DNA from: Candidatus Sulfomarinibacteraceae bacterium
GTDB lineage: Bacteria; Acidobacteriota; Thermoanaerobaculia; Thermoanaerobaculales; Sulfomarinibacteraceae
NCBI GenBank assembly: GCA_963796455.1
Contig: CAWCLO010000004.1
Span: forward strand, 448,001 to 512,000
Length of the DNA: 64,000 bases
Direction of reading: 5' to 3'
Within the stretch, counting starts at the first letter, position 1, and every line of letters starts with the position of its first letter. Of the stretch, positions 39,147 through 51,076 are shown piece by piece. Made by a program: the position numbers and the translations under genes. The notes under the pieces were generated by a model that saw only the letters and a list, made by a program, of their open reading frames with translations, had not been told where the DNA came from and made no database searches.

Positions 39147-41503
39147 GGCTCGGCCTCATCCGGAACACCGCGTCTTCTGGTTTTCGTCCGTCGGGGTGGC
39201 AGGAATAACAGGCAGCCGAGTCGTAAACATACCCGGTCTCGCCGTCGTGGTCGTCATCGGCATCACTGCGCGGGTGGCAACCGGCCGCGAGACAGTTGAA
39301 GATCCTGAAATTTGATGGATTGCGATGGCAATCGTCGCACTCTGTGCCCGCGTGTTTGCCGCTGTTGATCGGGAAATAGGTGTGATCAAAGGTTCCCTGG
39401 TTCCAGCTCGAGTCCGTTGCGCGGTGGCAGAGCTCACAGTCGGTCGGAAAACCGGCCGCAGCGTGGTTCGGGTTGTTGCTGCCGTTGTAGTCGTTCAGAT
39501 GGCAGCCGACGCAGTCGGTGGGCGTGCCGGCATAGATCTCCGCCCGAGTGGCATGAGGTGCAGTCGAGTGTGGCGTGGATCCCGACCAGGGAAAACGGGT
39601 GATCGAAGGATCGCACCCCCCACGTAGTGGGCTGGTGACATGCGTCGCAATCGGTGGGGAAACCGGCCGTCTGGTGGTTTGGGTCGGTGGTGGCGTTGTA
39701 GTCGTCGCGATGGCAATCGACGCACTGAGAGGGGAGGCCGGCATAGACGCCGCTGGAGTGACAAGTGCTGCATGGTTGGGCGGTGTGCGAGCCGACCAGC
39801 GGCCACACCGAGTGCGGGTAGTTTGCTCGAAACCAATTCGAGTCGGACTGTCTGTGACAGGTGTCGCAGTCGGTGGGAAAACCGGCCGCCGTGTGATTTG
39901 GGTTGTTGGTGGAGTTGTAGTCGTTGAGGTGGCAACCGACGCAATCGGTGGGCGTACCGGCGTAGACACCACCCGAGTGGCAATCAGAGCAGTCGAGTGT
40001 GGCGTGGACCCCGACCAGTGAATAGGGGTGGTCGACGGTAGCGCCCGACCAGGTGGTTGGTTGATGGCAGTTTTCGCAGTCTGTCGGGAATCCGGCCGAC
40101 TGGTGGTCGGGGTCATCGGTCGCGTTGTAGTCGTTGAGGTGGCAGCCGACGCAATCGGTGGGCGTACCAGCATAGACGCCGCCGGAGTGGCAGTTGGCAC
40201 AATCCAACGTCGCGTGGACACCGGCGAGTTGATAGGGATGATTGAATTCCGCGTCATCCCACGAGTTGTCCGCCTGGTTGTGGCAGGCGTCGCAGGTCGT
40301 CGGGAAAGCCGCGGCGCCGTGATCCGGATCGTTCGTGCCGTTGTAGTCATCCTGGTGACAGGTGAAACAGTCTTGTGGCGTTCCCACGTAGATTCCGCTG
40401 CTGTGGCACGCGGCGCAGTCGAGAGTCGCGTGCCGGCCGAGCAGGCGGTACCGATGCTCGAAATCTGCCCCCTCCCACGAACCATCGGTCGGGCGGTGGC
40501 ACGCATCGCATTGAGTCGGAAAACCGGCTGCAACGTGGTCGGGCTCTCGAGCGCCTTCGTAATCCTCGCGATGGCAGGAATAGCAGTCCTGGGACACGGG
40601 ACCGTCGAAGCGTCTTCCGGTGTGGCAGCCCTCGCAGCCCACGGTCAGATGCTGGGTGCCGACCCGAACACCCGTGTTCGCCTGATGGTTCCACTTCGCC
40701 GGGATCCAACCGGTCGGCTCATGACAGTCCTGGCATGCGGAACCGAGTCGAGCCCGGTAGGGGTCGTCTTGACGGCGGATCCAGTGGCAGTCGTAACAAT
40801 TCGTCGGTGTGCCTTTGAGAACGCCATTCCAATGACAGGATGCGCAGGGGACGGCCAGGTGGCGGCCTTCGAGCGGCAGCAGGGTCGATTTGTGAAATGC
40901 CCGCGAGGCATTTTTAAAATGGGTGTCCATCGAGTGACATGTGGTGCAATCCTCACCCAGCGTGCCTTGGTGGGCGTCCAGGTGGCAGGTGGAGCAATCG
41001 GGCGTCAGCTCGAGGAACGATCGCGTGGTGTGACATTTTGAACAATCGCCTGAAAAACCGCCGTGGTACCCCTCGAGGGCGAAGCCGGTTTCGTTGGCGT
41101 GATTAAAATCTTCCCGTTCGATGGGTCTGAGATCGGTGTCACGCCCCTGGTGCTCGACGTGGCATACGGCGCAGTCATCGGCCGAGGCCTCGCGATGGAG
41201 CCCTTTCCTGGCGGCGATGCGGTCACCAATCTGATCGTGGCAGACCAGACACCGATTGCCATCGACCTCGAGATCGTCGTTGTGGCAGCTGTCGCAGCTT
41301 TCCGGGTCTTCAAGGCTCTCGTGGGCCAGGCTGAGCCGACCGGGCATGAAATCGATGTCGTCTTCCTGGGCATGCACCAGAACGGTGAAAGCTATCAGGA
41401 TCGTCGCCAGAATGACCACCCGGGGTCCGTCCGACCGCCACATTGAAGGTGCCGAGTGGCGATCGTCGTCAACGGTCGCAAATTCTTGTTCCGATCTCTT
41501 CAA
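39139..41503 (-). CDS. Exported multiheme c-type cytochrome, 29 CxxCH plus 1 CX4CH, about 787 aa (one +1 frameshift near 39538)
   Basis: 25 CxxCH in ORF 39434-41548, plus CVGCH, CELCH, CDDCH, CLAAGCH and CYSCH in the frame ending at 39139; GAGGA SD before TTG 41503 (start uncertain). Confidence 0.92.
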
Positions 41504-41709
41504 TGTCAGTCCTCGCTTGTTGTAGGAGTCGTACAATCTCAGTTTCACATATGAGCACTTGATTTAGTGCTCAGGTGAAACCGAGTCGCAAAAAACCAGA
41601 GGAAATCTCGACTCGGAGTGACCGGCATCACCCGCAAACCAGATGGGAGGCCCGTTCAACGGCGTACCGGGCTTCCGGGTATTGGGTGGATTCTCGAGAG
41701 TTTCTCAAC

Positions 41710-41836
41710 CTTGTCCGAGACAGCATTCCGGACGGCGTCAGCGATCAGGGACGGAAAAAAGCAGACAGCGTCCGCGGACAGAAGTCAGCGGCAGCGTCCA
41801 AATATCAGCGCTAGCGAACAGCACTCACATCTTCGA
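41710..41836. repeat. Dispersed non-coding repeat, copy B
   Basis: Aligns with 3542-3667. Confidence 0.8.
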
Positions 41837-41969
41837 ATTCAACAGCCGCCAATCCATGGTACGGACCTGATCGAACGCTGGCAGAAGCTTGCTGCCGGGA
41901 GGATTGTCTCGGGTTGATTCAGCAAGGGCCACTTGCCAGGGAGGGTGGCTGCTCGGGGACCGGGCCTTC

Positions 41970-42467
41970 CTATTCACCCTCCCAGTAGTCCAGCCTGCCG
42001 GCCTCTGAAAAGAAACCCCCAAAGGGTGAATCCTGCGGTCGCATGCCGGGTTTCCGACCGGCGACAACACCGAATTTTCCGGAATCGGGGTACTGGAAGA
42101 CATCGGTGTCGATCGTCGTACTCAGCGCGAGATAGCGGAGCTCCAGGTCTCCAGTGTTGATGAGTTGGTGCGCCACCTCCGGGCCACCAGGGGGGCAGGC
42201 GATCATGTCTCCCGAGCGGACCGGGAGATCCTGATCACCAAATCGCAGCACGCCGTTGCCGGTGATCACGAAGAAAAACTCTTCGTTGGTGTGGTGGTTG
42301 TGAAACGGGAAGGCACGTCTGCCCGGTGCCACCTCCGTCAGGTTGTACGAAAGTTTTTTCGCTCCAATCTGATTGCTGATCGGGGCGACTCTCGCGTCAA
42401 AACGATCACCATGACGGAGTTCGTGAACATACTCTGCGTCGTCGATGTTGAAAACCGGACCGGCCAT
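41970..42467 (-). CDS. Cupin domain protein
   Basis: PG..AFPFHNHHTNEE.F.V..G.G, AHQLIN, YPDSGK, YWEGE. Confidence 0.9.
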   Translation of the reverse strand: MAGPVFNIDDAEYVHELRHGDRFDARVAPISNQIGAKKLSYNLTEVAPGRRAFPFHNHHTNEEFFFVITGNGVLRFGDQDLPVRSGDMIACPPGGPEVAHQLINTGDLELRYLALSTTIDTDVFQYPDSGKFGVVAGRKPGMRPQDSPFGGFFSEAGRLDYWEGE

Positions 42468-42664
42468 CTTGATCTCCTTTGTGGGGGTGCAATTTCACGC
42501 ATTGTTGCATGAGCGGTTCCGAGTCGCGGAAATTCGTGCTGGCAACCATCCGTTTCATGGAATTCTTTGGGGCCTCGCGGGTTTCTAGAAAGGGGTTGTT
42601 CTGAGATTAGATCTTAATTTGCCATGCTCGCCATGGGGCGGGTGGGTTTTTTGGAGGAGTGGGG

Positions 42665-45374
42665 ATGATCGGAAGCAGTTTTTCGCACTATAAGGTGACA
42701 TCCAAATTGGGTGAGGGTGGGATGGGTGAGGTGTGGCGCGCCGAAGACACCAAGCTCGGCCGCGACGTCGCACTTAAAGTGCTGCCCGACGTCTTTGCCC
42801 AGGATCCGGAGCGGTTGGCGCGCTTCGAGCGCGAGGCCCGGGTATTGGCATCGCTTTCCCACCCGAACATTGCCGGAATCCACGGTCTCGAGGAGATCGA
42901 CGGGAAACGTTTCCTGGTGATGGAGATGGTGGAGGGTCCGACCCTGGCTGAGCACATTCAGCAGGGCCCGATGCCCATCGAAGAGGTGGTGCGTTTCTCC
43001 AAACAGATCGCCGACGCGGTGGAGGCGGCGCATGAAAAGGGCGTGATCCACCGGGACCTCAAACCGGCCAACGTCAATATCACCCCGGAAGGCACCGTGA
43101 AAGTCCTGGACTTTGGTCTCGCGAAGGCCCTGACCGGGGACCCGATGTCTGGCGAAGGAAGCAATCAGGATCTCTCGTTGTCACCGACCATGACCCAGGC
43201 GATGACGGGGATGGGCGTGCTGCTCGGCACTGCCGGCTATATGAGTCCGGAGCAGGCTCGAGGCAAGCCGGTCGACCGGCGGGCGGACATCTGGGCCTTC
43301 GGCTGCATTATGTACGAGATGCTCACCGGGCAACGGTTGTTCACCGGCGAGACAGCGACCGATGTGATCGGTGCGGTGGTGCACAAAGAACCGGATCTGG
43401 ACGAGCTGTCGACGAGGGTGCCGGTGCGCATTCGCCGCCTGCTTGAGCGCTGTCTGCAAAAGGACGCGAACCGCCGTCTGCAGTCGATCGGCGACGCGCG
43501 GATCGCCCTTCAGGAGTGGATCGAGAACCCCGAGGATGAACCGGTCGAGGCTGCGAGTGGCCGGCCGGCCTGGCTGCTCTGGGCTGCCGCCGCAACGGCG
43601 GGGGTGATCGGTCTCGTGCTGGGAAGTGTTTTTCTTGGGTCGAATGATCGGGAACCGCAGTTGGTCCAACGCATCGAAGCCGAGATCTCCGAAGAGGTGC
43701 TGTTCACCAATCGCGGCGCCGCCGCGGTGCCCTCACCGGATGGTCGATACCTCGCCTATGCGACGAGGATCGACGGCGGCGGCGCGCTTTATCTGCGGCC
43801 CCTGGACAGATTGGAAAGCCTGCAGGTGGCCATCGGTCAGGCTCGTGACTGGCCGCACAATGCATTCTTTTCCCCAGACAGTCAGTGGCTCGGATTCTTC
43901 ACGGTCGCCGAACTCAAGAAAGTGCCGGTAACCGGCGGTTCCCCGATCACGCTGGCTCAAACCGAGATGCCCCGTGGGGGCAGTTGGAGTTCGGACGGAC
44001 GGATCGTCTACGCTTCCAGCATCGAACGCCGGTCTCTCGATCGTGCCGGCAGCGGGCGGCGACGTCGCCTCCTTGACGACGGTGCCGGAGGGCGAGGGAC
44101 TCGAGAGTCATCGCTATCCCCAGTGGTTGCCCGGTGACACGGCGGTGCTGTTCACGGTCGTAGAAGCGACGGGAACTCGGCTCGAAATCGTCGACGCCGC
44201 CAACGGGGAACGCCGGGTGTTGCACGAGGGAGGTGCCTACGGCCGCTACGTGTCGACCGGCCACGTGCTCTTCGTCGACGGCGATGCGGTCTTTGCGATG
44301 CCTTTTGACGACAAGCGACTCGAGCGCACCGGTTCGCCGATGCCGGTGCTCGAGGGAGTCGCCTCGCTTCCGGCCGCAGGTGAAGCGCAGTATGCGGTCT
44401 CGGACACCGGGTTGCTGGTCTACCGGCCGGGATCGGACGACCTCAACCCCTTCCCGATCGCCTGGGCGGACCGCACCGGACGCGTCGAAAGTCTGTGGGA
44501 CGACGAAGGCATCTATGGCTCTCCCCGCCTCGCCCCGGACGGACGTCGGCTCGCGGTCTCGGTTCAGCGCGGGGACGACTGGGATGTCTGGGTCTACGAT
44601 ATGGAGCGTGATGTCGCGACGCGACTGACCTTCGAAAGTGGATACGATGCCGATCCGGTGTGGTCACCAGACGGCCGCTTCATCGCCTTTGCCTCGGATC
44701 GCGACGATGGTCAGATCGCTGCCTACCGTACTCGAAGCGACGGCACCGGCGAGGCGGAGCGGTTGATCGAGCCAGGCAAACTCGAATTCCCGGCTCCTTT
44801 GAGCTTTTCGCCTGATGGTGCGCGTCTCCTGGTGATCACCCCGGGGCCGAACGGTTCGGACGATCTCTGGTTCCTTTCTACCGATGGACAGGGTGAGCCC
44901 GAACCTTATCTCGCCTCACCTTTCGACGAAGGCGACGCACACTTTTCGCCCGACGGTCGTTGGATCGTCTACCGATCCAACGAGACGGGAGACTCGGAGA
45001 TCTACGTCCGTTCGACGACGGGGCCGGGCAAATGGCAGATCTCGGATGGCGGCGGATGGCAGCCTCTGTGGTCGGGTGATGGGGAGACGTTGTTCTACCG
45101 CAGTCGCGAGGGTCTGAACGCCGTCGAGGTCGAAGCCGGCGGAGACGAATTCAGGGCCGGTCGACCCCAGTTTTTGTTCGGGGAGGTTTTCGGCGGTCCT
45201 GCGGGTGTGCGGCTGCCGGGCTATCTCTTTTACGACTACGACGTCAGCGCTGACGGCGAGCGCTTTGTGGTCTTCCCACGAAGGACCGCGGAGGAAGTCG
45301 GGAATGCGGACATTCACGTTGTCAACGGTTGGTTCGAGGAACTCCGACGACTGACTGCGGGTGGCAGCAATTGA
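42665..45374 (+). CDS. Ser/Thr protein kinase - TM - PD40/TolB-like propeller, copy 1 (+1 frameshift near 44021)
   Basis: [29 protein letters not shown] helix; SPDG repeats; the frame switch restores colinearity with copies 2 and 3. Confidence 0.9.
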
Positions 45375-45422
45375 GCAGGGCGTGCGAATTTCAGCAGTCA
45401 GCGAGACAGTGAAGGAGTGGGG

Positions 45423-48161
45423 ATGATCGGAAGCAGTTTTTCGCAATACAAGGTGACGTCCAAACTTGGCGAGGGCGGCATGGGCGAGGTGTGGCGCGCC
45501 GAGGACACCAAGCTCGGTCGCGACGTCGCACTCAAAGTGCTTCCGGATGCCTTTGCCCAGGATCCTGAGCGCCTGGCGCGTTTCGAGCGCGAGGCCCGGG
45601 TACTGGCATCGCTCTCACACCCGAACATCGCTGGGATCCACGGTCTCGAAGAGATCGACGGTAAAAGATTTTTGGTGATGGAGATGGTGGAGGGTCCGAC
45701 CCTGGCTGAGCACATTCAGCAGGGCCCGATGCCGATCGAAGAGGTGGTGCGCATCTCCAAACAGATCGCCGAGGCGGTGGAGGCGGCGCATGAGAAAGGG
45801 GTCATCCACCGCGACCTCAAACCGGCCAACGTCAATATCACCCCGGAAGGCACCGTCAAAGTCCTGGACTTCGGCCTCGCAAAGGCACTGACCGGGGACC
45901 CGATGTCGGGCGAAGGCAGCGACCAGGATCTCTCGATTTCGCCGACCATGACTCAGGCGATGACCGGCATGGGAGTGCTGCTCGGGACCGCTGGCTATAT
46001 GAGTCCGGAGCAGGCCCGGGGCAAGCCGGTGGATCGTCGAGCAGACATCTGGGCCTTTGGCTGCATCATGTACGAGATGCTCACCGGACAGCGCCTGTTC
46101 ACCGGAGAGACGGCGACCGATGTGATCGGGGCGGTGGTGCACAAAGAGCCTGACCTCGACGAGCTGTCGACAAAGGTGCCGACGCGCATCCGACGCCTGC
46201 TCGATCGCTGTTTGCAGAAGGACGCGAGCCGACGACTCCAGTCGATCGGCGAGGCGCGGATCGCCCTCCAGGAGTGGCTGGAAAACCCCGAGGAAGAAGC
46301 AGTCCCTGTGTCCGAGGGCTCTCGCCGCTCGCCGTGGTTGATCGTGGCCGGTACCGCGGCCGGACTACTCCTGGGAGCGCTCCTTGGAGGTTGGTTGCTC
46401 GGCGGTAGCAGCGAGCCGGAGCCGCTGCGGCGCTTTGAAATTAACGTTTCGGAGCAGGGGCTGTTTTCACGGCTCGGAGCCGGTTTGGTTGTTTCGCCGA
46501 ACGGCCAGGCGATCGCTTACAGCCCCGGTGAGGAGGGTGGGACACAGTCCCTTGTGATCCGCCCGCTCGACCGATTCCAGGAGACGGTGCTGGCCACCGG
46601 CGAAGGTGCGAATGGACCCTATCACCCGTTTTTTTCACCTGACGGCTCGTGGCTCGGTTATGTGACACCGGGTGAGCTCAAGAAGATCTCGACCAGTGGT
46701 GGCGCACCAATCACTCTTGCGGAGGTCGATCGGAGTCGCGGCGCGAGTTGGGGACCGGACGGAACAATCGTCTACGCTCGATCGGTGTTGACGGGTCTTT
46801 CTCTCATCTCGGCAGCCGGTGGGGACCCGACACCGCTCACCGAGTTGGACGAGGGGGCCAAGGAGCAGACACACAGATGGCCCCAGTGGCTTCCCGGCGG
46901 CAAGGCGGTGCTTTTCAGCTCCCTCAACCAGGGTGGGCAGTTCGCATTCGAGGATGGTGTCATCGAGGTGGTGGACGTCGAAAGCCGGGTGCGCAAGGTG
47001 ATCCACCGGGGCGGCTACTATCCGCGCTACGTATCTACCGGACACATCCTCTACGTTCACGAAGGGACACTTTTTGCTCTGCCCTTCGACGTCAAGAGCC
47101 TCGAGGCCACCGGTTCGCAAATGCCGGTACTGGAAGGTCTCGAGACCAATGCGGGCCAGGGTTCGGCGCAATACGCTGTTTCGGAGAACGGACTTCTGGT
47201 GTACCTCGAAGGATCGGATGAGCTCAAACCATTTCCCATCGTGTGGGCGGACCGGGAAGGGCACGCCGAGACCTTGTGGCAGGAGACGGGGATCTACGGT
47301 GGGCCGCGGCTCTCGCCGGATGGCGGCCGGCTCGCAGTCTCGGTGCTGCGTGACGGCAACTGGGATGTCTGGGTCTATGACCTGGAGCGCGATGTCGCCA
47401 CCCGCATCACCTTTGGCGAGGCCTATGATGCCGATCCCGAGTGGTCGCCCGATGGACGCTGGATCGCATATGCCTCCGAGGTCGACGGCGTCGACGGCGT
47501 CTTCCGCAAACGAACCGATGGGACCGGCGAAGCGGAGGTCCTGCTCGAGCCGGGAAAATACACATTCCCCGCTCCGCACTCCTGGTCGCCCGATGGCCGC
47601 CATCTCGCGATTCAGGTTGCCGGAGAGGGTGGTCAGAACGACATCTGGATCATGCCTCTTGACGAAAATGGTGCCGGGGATCCGGAACCCTTCGTATCGA
47701 CACCGTTCACAGAGAGCGGGCCGAGGTTTTCTCCGGATGGCCGTTGGATCGCCTATACCTCCAACGAGACCGGTCGCCCGGAGATCTTTGTCGCGTCCTT
47801 CCCTCCGGGCGGTGGCAAGTGGCAGGTTTCCAGCGGTGGCGGCACCCAGGCCCTTTGGTCGGGAGACGGTCGTGAACTCTTCTTCCGCACCGATACCGGC
47901 ATCATGTCAGTCAGGATCTCGACCGAAGGTGCTTCGTTCAGGGCAAACCGACCGGATGTTGTTTTTGAAGCTGGATTCCTTGGCGGGCTGCGAGGAATTC
48001 TCTTACCGGGGTTCAATTTTCCGGATTACGACGTCTCTCCGGGCGGTGACCGTTTCGTGATGTTCCAGGGCACAACCGAAGGCGCCCAGGCGACCGAGGC
48101 AAAGGTCGTGCTTGGTTGGTTCGAAGAGCTGCGGCGTCTCACTGAAGCCGGTGCTCCGTAG
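45423..48161 (+). CDS. Ser/Thr protein kinase - TM - PD40/TolB-like propeller, copy 2
   Basis: Same Hanks kinase motifs; WSPDG/FSPDG repeats. Confidence 0.95.
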   Translation: MIGSSFSQYKVTSKLGEGGMGEVWRAEDTKLGRDVALKVLPDAFAQDPERLARFEREARVLASLSHPNIAGIHGLEEIDGKRFLVMEMVEGPTLAEHIQQGPMPIEEVVRISKQIAEAVEAAHEKGVIHRDLKPANVNITPEGTVKVLDFGLAKALTGDPMSGEGSDQDLSISPTMTQAMTGMGVLLGTAGYMSPEQARGKPVDRRADIWAFGCIMYEMLTGQRLFTGETATDVIGAVVHKEPDLDELSTKVPTRIRRLLDRCLQKDASRRLQSIGEARIALQEWLENPEEEAVPVSEGSRRSPWLIVAGTAAGLLLGALLGGWLLGGSSEPEPLRRFEINVSEQGLFSRLGAGLVVSPNGQAIAYSPGEEGGTQSLVIRPLDRFQETVLATGEGANGPYHPFFSPDGSWLGYVTPGELKKISTSGGAPITLAEVDRSRGASWGPDGTIVYARSVLTGLSLISAAGGDPTPLTELDEGAKEQTHRWPQWLPGGKAVLFSSLNQGGQFAFEDGVIEVVDVESRVRKVIHRGGYYPRYVSTGHILYVHEGTLFALPFDVKSLEATGSQMPVLEGLETNAGQGSAQYAVSENGLLVYLEGSDELKPFPIVWADREGHAETLWQETGIYGGPRLSPDGGRLAVSVLRDGNWDVWVYDLERDVATRITFGEAYDADPEWSPDGRWIAYASEVDGVDGVFRKRTDGTGEAEVLLEPGKYTFPAPHSWSPDGRHLAIQVAGEGGQNDIWIMPLDENGAGDPEPFVSTPFTESGPRFSPDGRWIAYTSNETGRPEIFVASFPPGGGKWQVSSGGGTQALWSGDGRELFFRTDTGIMSVRISTEGASFRANRPDVVFEAGFLGGLRGILLPGFNFPDYDVSPGGDRFVMFQGTTEGAQATEAKVVLGWFEELRRLTEAGAP

Positions 48162-48239
48162 AAAACGTCGAGGAGCCCGAATCGTGGACACAGCAATTGA
48201 AATCTATAGCTCGAGTGAATTCGAGGGGGAACGCACGCA

Positions 48240-50960
48240 ATGATCGGAAGTAGTTTTTCGCAGTACAAGGTGACATCGAAATTGGGCGAGGGCGGAATGG
48301 GGGAGGTGTGGCGCGCCGAGGACACCAAGCTCGGCCGCGACGTCGCTCTCAAGGTTTTGCCCGATGCCTTTGCCCAGGATCCCGAGCGGCTGGCGCGCTT
48401 CGAGCGCGAGGCCCGGGTTCTGGCATCGCTCTCCCACCCGAATATCGCCGGAATCCACGGTCTCGAGGAGATCGACGGCAAACGATTCCTGGTGATGGAG
48501 ATGGTGGAAGGCCCCACTCTGGCGGAGCTCATCCAAAAGAGCCCGTTGCCGATCGACGAGGTGGTGCGCATCGCCAAACAGATCGCCGAGGCGGTCGAAG
48601 CGGCGCATGAGAAAGGGGTCATCCACCGCGACCTCAAACCGGCCAACGTCAATATCACCCCGGATGGCACCGTGAAAGTCCTGGATTTCGGTCTCGCGAA
48701 GGCCCTGACCGGTGACCCCATGTCTGGCGAAGGAAGCAATCAGGATCTCTCGTTGTCACCGACCATGACCCAGGCGATGACGGGGATGGGCGTGCTGCTC
48801 GGTACCGCTGGCTATATGAGTCCGGAGCAGGCCAGGGGCAAACCGGTGGATCGGCGAGCAGACATCTGGGCCTTTGGCTGCATCATGTACGAGATGCTCA
48901 CCGGACAGCGCCTGTTCACCGGAGAGACGGCGACCGATGTGATCGGGGCGGTGGTGCACAAAGAGCCCGACCTCGACGAGCTGTCGACGAAGGTGCCGGG
49001 CCGAATTCGACGCTTGCTCGACCGCTGTTTACAAAAAGACGCGACCCGGCGACTCCAGTCAATCGGCGAGGCGCGGATTGCCCTCCAGGAGTGGCTCGAG
49101 AATCCCGAAGCCGAAGCACCCACATCGGGGCAGGCCGCAACTTCGGGTCTGCGTCGTTGGCTGCCGTGGGCGGTCGCCGCCGGCGCCCTCCTGCTTGTTC
49201 TCGTGCAGGCGACCGGTTTGGTGGGCGGGCGAGACAGTTCTCCCGAGCCGGTCCGACGGGCGACCATCGAGGTTGGGGAGGACGGGCTGTTTTCGGGCTT
49301 CGGCACCAGCTCCGTGTTGTCCCCCGACGCAAGGATGCTGACCTTCGTCACCGGTTCCGGAAACGAGGGCGGCAATATTTTGTTGCGCCACCTCGACCGA
49401 TTCGAACCGACGACGATCGCAACCGGTGGGGCGGGGGCGGCGCCATACCAGCCGTTTTTCTCACCCGACGGCGAGTGGCTCGGATACGTCACCCCGGCCG
49501 AGCTTAAAAAGGTCTCGACCGCAGGCGGCGCGCCGATCACTCTGTGCAGCGTGAATCTCAGCCGAGGGGCGACCTGGGGGGAGAACGAGACCATCGTCTT
49601 TTCGCCGTCTCCACGAAGCCCGCTCATGAGCGTGTCCTCGGCTGGTGGCGAACCGCAGTCGCTGACCGATCTCGGCGAGACCGACATCAGCCACCGCTGG
49701 CCGCAGTGGTTGCCCGATGGGGAGACTGTTTTGTTCACATCGCTAAACGAAGGATCCGACAACTTCGAGGGGGCGAATCTCGAAGTGTTGACGGTGGCGA
49801 CCGGCGAGCGCAGGGTGGTCCATCGCGGCGGGTATCACGGTCGATACGTGGAGACAGGACATATTCTCTATGTCCACGAAGGCACTCTGTTCGCCCTGCC
49901 GTTCGATCTGAAAAAGCTCGAGGCCCGCGGTTCACAGATGCCCGTGCTCGAAGATCTCGACGCCACCGTCGTCCAGGGCGCCGCGCAATTCGACGTCTCG
50001 AAAAACGGTGTTCTCGTCTATGCCGCCGAGTCGCAGCAGGGCGACCCCTTCCCGATCGTCTGGGTCGATCGGCACGGACGCACGGAATCATTGTGGGCGG
50101 AGCCCGGGCTCTACGCAAATCCCGAGCTCTCACCCGATGGACGTAAGTTGTCGCTCTCCATGCTGCGCGGCAACAACCTGGATGTCTGGATCTACGACCT
50201 CGTGCGGAAAGTCGCAACGCGTCTGACCTTTGACGAGGGCTATGACGCCGATCAGGTCTGGTCGCCGGACAGCCGAACCATCGCCTTTTCTTCGAATCGC
50301 GGTGACGGCAACAACTCCATCTACCGCAAGGCAGCCGACGGGTCCGGAGAGGTCGAGGTGGTCGTCGAGGCAGGTGAGATGCCCGCCCTTTACCCGACGT
50401 CCTGGTCCCCCGACGGGAAGTGGCTCGCAGTCTGGACGGCCAACTCGGATGTCTATGTCGCGTCGGTTGAAAGCGGCGAGCTCGAGCCGTTTCAAAATAC
50501 GGATTTCGGTGAGTTCAACCCGAGCTTTTCCCCGGACGGCCGCTGGATCGCATATGACTCCAACGAATCCGGCCGGCTCGAAATCTATGTCCGCGGATTC
50601 CCATCCGGAGGTGGCAAGTGGCAGGTATCCGACGGAGGTGGTGCACTGGCGCGGTGGTCCATGGATGGGCGTGAGCTCTTCTACCGAACCGACACTGGCA
50701 TCATGGCGGTTTCAGTCGACGGCAGCGGTTCGAATTTCGAGGTCGGCACGCCCCGCAATCTGTTTGACGGCCCTTTCCTGGGCGGGACCAATGGCGTCGA
50801 TATCGGCGGGTTCATTTTCCCGGACTACACCGTCAGCGGCGACGGCCAGCAATTTGTCATGTTCGCCGGTCGGGAGGAGACGAGCCGCCCGACCTCGGTG
50901 CGGTTGGTGACCAACTGGTTCGACGAGCTGAAACGTCTCACGGCCGCTGGAACCAGATAA
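48240..50960 (+). CDS. Ser/Thr protein kinase - TM - PD40/TolB-like propeller, copy 3
   Basis: Same Hanks kinase motifs; WSPDG/FSPDG repeats. Confidence 0.95.
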   Translation: MIGSSFSQYKVTSKLGEGGMGEVWRAEDTKLGRDVALKVLPDAFAQDPERLARFEREARVLASLSHPNIAGIHGLEEIDGKRFLVMEMVEGPTLAELIQKSPLPIDEVVRIAKQIAEAVEAAHEKGVIHRDLKPANVNITPDGTVKVLDFGLAKALTGDPMSGEGSNQDLSLSPTMTQAMTGMGVLLGTAGYMSPEQARGKPVDRRADIWAFGCIMYEMLTGQRLFTGETATDVIGAVVHKEPDLDELSTKVPGRIRRLLDRCLQKDATRRLQSIGEARIALQEWLENPEAEAPTSGQAATSGLRRWLPWAVAAGALLLVLVQATGLVGGRDSSPEPVRRATIEVGEDGLFSGFGTSSVLSPDARMLTFVTGSGNEGGNILLRHLDRFEPTTIATGGAGAAPYQPFFSPDGEWLGYVTPAELKKVSTAGGAPITLCSVNLSRGATWGENETIVFSPSPRSPLMSVSSAGGEPQSLTDLGETDISHRWPQWLPDGETVLFTSLNEGSDNFEGANLEVLTVATGERRVVHRGGYHGRYVETGHILYVHEGTLFALPFDLKKLEARGSQMPVLEDLDATVVQGAAQFDVSKNGVLVYAAESQQGDPFPIVWVDRHGRTESLWAEPGLYANPELSPDGRKLSLSMLRGNNLDVWIYDLVRKVATRLTFDEGYDADQVWSPDSRTIAFSSNRGDGNNSIYRKAADGSGEVEVVVEAGEMPALYPTSWSPDGKWLAVWTANSDVYVASVESGELEPFQNTDFGEFNPSFSPDGRWIAYDSNESGRLEIYVRGFPSGGGKWQVSDGGGALARWSMDGRELFYRTDTGIMAVSVDGSGSNFEVGTPRNLFDGPFLGGTNGVDIGGFIFPDYTVSGDGQQFVMFAGREETSRPTSVRLVTNWFDELKRLTAAGTR

Positions 50961-51076
50961 GAGGCGTCGATGTTCGGAGATTCCGGAGACGGCCGGCGAA
51001 ACGAAAAAGCGCTCATCATCCGAAGATGATGAGCGCCGAGAATACGGTGCGGAGCCATGTCAATTGGGCCGTCTGT

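Noticed and set aside
39380..40680. Periodic repeats as a CRISPR array
   Set aside because: They are in-frame coding repeats of the cytochrome; no repeat-spacer structure or cas genes.
41835..41920. attC-like imperfect palindrome (ATTCAAC..CAATCC...GGATTG..GTTGATT)
   Set aside because: The right end does not fit GTTRRRY, there is no extrahelical base in the L box, and there is no integrase or cassette array.
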